A stretch of DNA of 64,000 nt, from assembly GCA_963721805.1 (NCBI GenBank), contig CAVRJY010000001.1, positions 512,001-576,000 on the forward strand, written 5' to 3'. The position numbers were made by a program, and so were the translations under genes. The notes beneath the pieces were generated by a model, which was not told the origin of the DNA, ran no database searches, and saw nothing but the letters and a program-made list of their open reading frames with translations. Shown piece by piece: positions 62,161-64,000 of the stretch. The DNA comes from Nitrospirota bacterium (lineage in GTDB: Bacteria; Nitrospirota; Thermodesulfovibrionia; Thermodesulfovibrionales; JdFR-86). Within the stretch, counting starts at the first letter, position 1, and every line of letters begins with the position of its first letter.

Positions 62161-63207
62161 TTACTCGTCCTCATCGTTTTCATTGTTCAGAGGCGGCAGG
62201 TCTTTTATCTGCGGCTTGACCTGCTTAATGCCGAGGAGGTCCTGCTCGAGGATCATCCTCTGAACCTCGGCCTTGAGTCCGCCCGCGCCGTCCAGCAGGT
62301 CATAGGCGATCTGGTTGTTCATGTCCACTGGCGATACGTCCGAGAGCTCCGGGATCACGTATATGCTCGAGCTGCCATAGGCCTTGGTGAGCGACACATA
62401 AAAGTCATCGAGGCACCTGCCGACGTACCCGCCGGTGATGTATACGTTCGTGGCCCGGATCGCGGCCAGAAAATCCATTAGCAGCGCGCCGTCATCCTCG
62501 GTCGCATACCCGCGGTTCGGAGAGCGGCTCTCGATGAACAGCACCGAGTCCGAGCCGTTTGTGACCTCGTTTAGATAACGCATGTACTCGTTCGGGCCCT
62601 GGCGGTAGACATAGCCCTTATACTTAGAATAATTCCTCGGGATGACGACGATGATCAGCTTGCCCTGCGTCGACTTGAACTCCAGGAAATCGCGCGTCCT
62701 GCGCTCCTGCGCCTGGAGCACGGCCATGAACTCGTCCCGCGGTTTCATTGCGAGGAACTTCTCGACCACGTTGAGCTTTGGGAGCTGTGCGGCGGTCTTG
62801 ACGTTCGGGATCCTGGGCGTCAGGCGCTTAAGCGTATGGAAAAACGGAAAGAAAGCAGGGTGGACGATGATATAGACCGAGCCGTTATCGAGGTATTTGC
62901 CGTAGCTCGCGTAGTCATTAGGCGAAACGTTATTGAGCCTCTTGACCATGAGCCCGGAATACGCCCGCCTGATCCATTCCTGGTCCTTCTCGACCGTCTC
63001 GTTACGAAGCTTTACGGCGTCGAGTATCTTCTGCCTCTGCTCGGCCGGGACGTCCGATACGACGATGGGCGCCACGACGGTCTCGGGATCAATCGGTCTG
63101 AAATTAAGCTTGCTGGGCCGGAATATGCATCCTGAGACGAGCGGCAGCGCGAGCATCAAAGCAATGAGCGCAGTTAAACGGAACGAATTTTCGGCAGGAT
63201 GTCGCAT
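62161..63207 (-). CDS. Lipoprotein of unknown function
   Basis: Start MRHPAENSF, lipobox VSGC, and ITGGYVGRC reminiscent of cysteine hydrolases. Confidence 0.75.
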   Translation of the reverse strand: MRHPAENSFRLTALIALMLALPLVSGCIFRPSKLNFRPIDPETVVAPIVVSDVPAEQRQKILDAVKLRNETVEKDQEWIRRAYSGLMVKRLNNVSPNDYASYGKYLDNGSVYIIVHPAFFPFFHTLKRLTPRIPNVKTAAQLPKLNVVEKFLAMKPRDEFMAVLQAQERRTRDFLEFKSTQGKLIIVVIPRNYSKYKGYVYRQGPNEYMRYLNEVTNGSDSVLFIESRSPNRGYATEDDGALLMDFLAAIRATNVYITGGYVGRCLDDFYVSLTKAYGSSSIYVIPELSDVSPVDMNNQIAYDLLDGAGGLKAEVQRMILEQDLLGIKQVKPQIKDLPPLNNENDEDE

Positions 63208-63279
63208 AACCTTAATTCTACAAAATAACCCCGGCCCATTCCAAGTGAGCCCGGCGCGCGATGATGTATAATCCGGCAT

Positions 63280-64000
63280 ATGCGCTATGTAATCCTAGGC
63301 ACCGCCGGGCATATAGACCACGGCAAGAGCACCCTCGTCAAGGCCCTGACCGGCACCGACCCCGACCGCCTGAAGGAAGAGAAAGAGCGCGGTATCACGA
63401 TAGACCTCGGGTTTGCGGACCTGGCATACCCCGACGGGCTCTCTATAGGCATCGTAGACGTGCCGGGCCACGAAAAGCTCGTCCGCAACATGCTTGCCGG
63501 CGCCGGGGGCATAGATATCGTCCTGCTGGTAATTGCGGCCGACGAGGGCGTCATGCCCCAGAGCCGCGAGCACCTGCATATCTGCGACCTCCTCAGAATC
63601 AAGTCCGGCATAGTAGTCATAACCAAGACGGACATGGTCGAGCCCGAATGGCTCGCACTCGTGCAGGACGAGGTGCGCAGGTTCGTTCGAGGATCGTTTC
63701 TGGAGGGGGCCGAGATCGTCCCGGTATCCGCCAAGACAGGCGAGGGGCTCGTTGAGCTTAAAGAGAAGATCCACGCCCTCGCGCTAGCGGTGCAGCCCAA
63801 GCCCACGCGCGGGATCTTCAGGCTGCCTGTAGACCGCGTATTCACCCTTAAGGGGTTCGGCACGGTCGTGACCGGCACGGCGGTATCCGGCACCGTCTCG
63901 GTCGAGGACGCGCTAGACATCCTGCCGGAAGGGGCCGAGGCCAAGGTGCGCGGCCTCCAGAGCCACGGCAGGCAGGTCCGCACTGCCTATGCAGGGCAGC
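63280..64000 (+). CDS. selB: Selenocysteine-specific elongation factor, 3'-partial
   Basis: [37 protein letters not shown] and [18 protein letters not shown]. Runs off the window end. Confidence 0.95.
   Translation, partial: MRYVILGTAGHIDHGKSTLVKALTGTDPDRLKEEKERGITIDLGFADLAYPDGLSIGIVDVPGHEKLVRNMLAGAGGIDIVLLVIAADEGVMPQSREHLHICDLLRIKSGIVVITKTDMVEPEWLALVQDEVRRFVRGSFLEGAEIVPVSAKTGEGLVELKEKIHALALAVQPKPTRGIFRLPVDRVFTLKGFGTVVTGTAVSGTVSVEDALDILPEGAEAKVRGLQSHGRQVRTAYAGQ

Overview
A mostly GC-rich bacterial chromosomal window, probably from an anaerobic Nitrospirota- or Desulfobacterota-like organism (inferred from gene content and order, not from a search). An AT-rich island tail occupies about the first 0.9 kb. 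Housekeeping content includes nadD-rsfS-rlmH-lapB-like, pdp, mutS2, larC, mazG, atpF'FHAGDC, glyQS, mntH, two ABC export operons and the 5' part of selB. The most notable system is a respiratory block at 37.8-44.6 kb: a tetraheme cytochrome c/FeS/NrfD quinol module, a Crp/Fnr regulator and two paralogous exported octaheme cytochromes. The first octaheme gene sits behind a GEMM-I riboswitch with the A20/C92 signature of 3',3'-cGAMP sensors, wired as an ON-switch terminator. The second paralog keeps a similar promoter but has no riboswitch. Features hidden from or split by the ORF track include an exported selenocysteine MsrA (in-frame UGA plus SECIS-like hairpin), a 31-aa bS22-like protein, an atpF with three lesions and a 77-bp tandem duplication. 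Also present are a protein-only RNase P (HARP), a perfect CRP box at -41.5 upstream of a 1775-aa secreted metalloprotease/Kelch/repeat protein, and a TPR-beta-barrel/FecR/lipoprotein operon. At least 10 genes show a leaderless (-10 box, 6-7 nt, start codon) architecture. All calls were made by eye without database searches.
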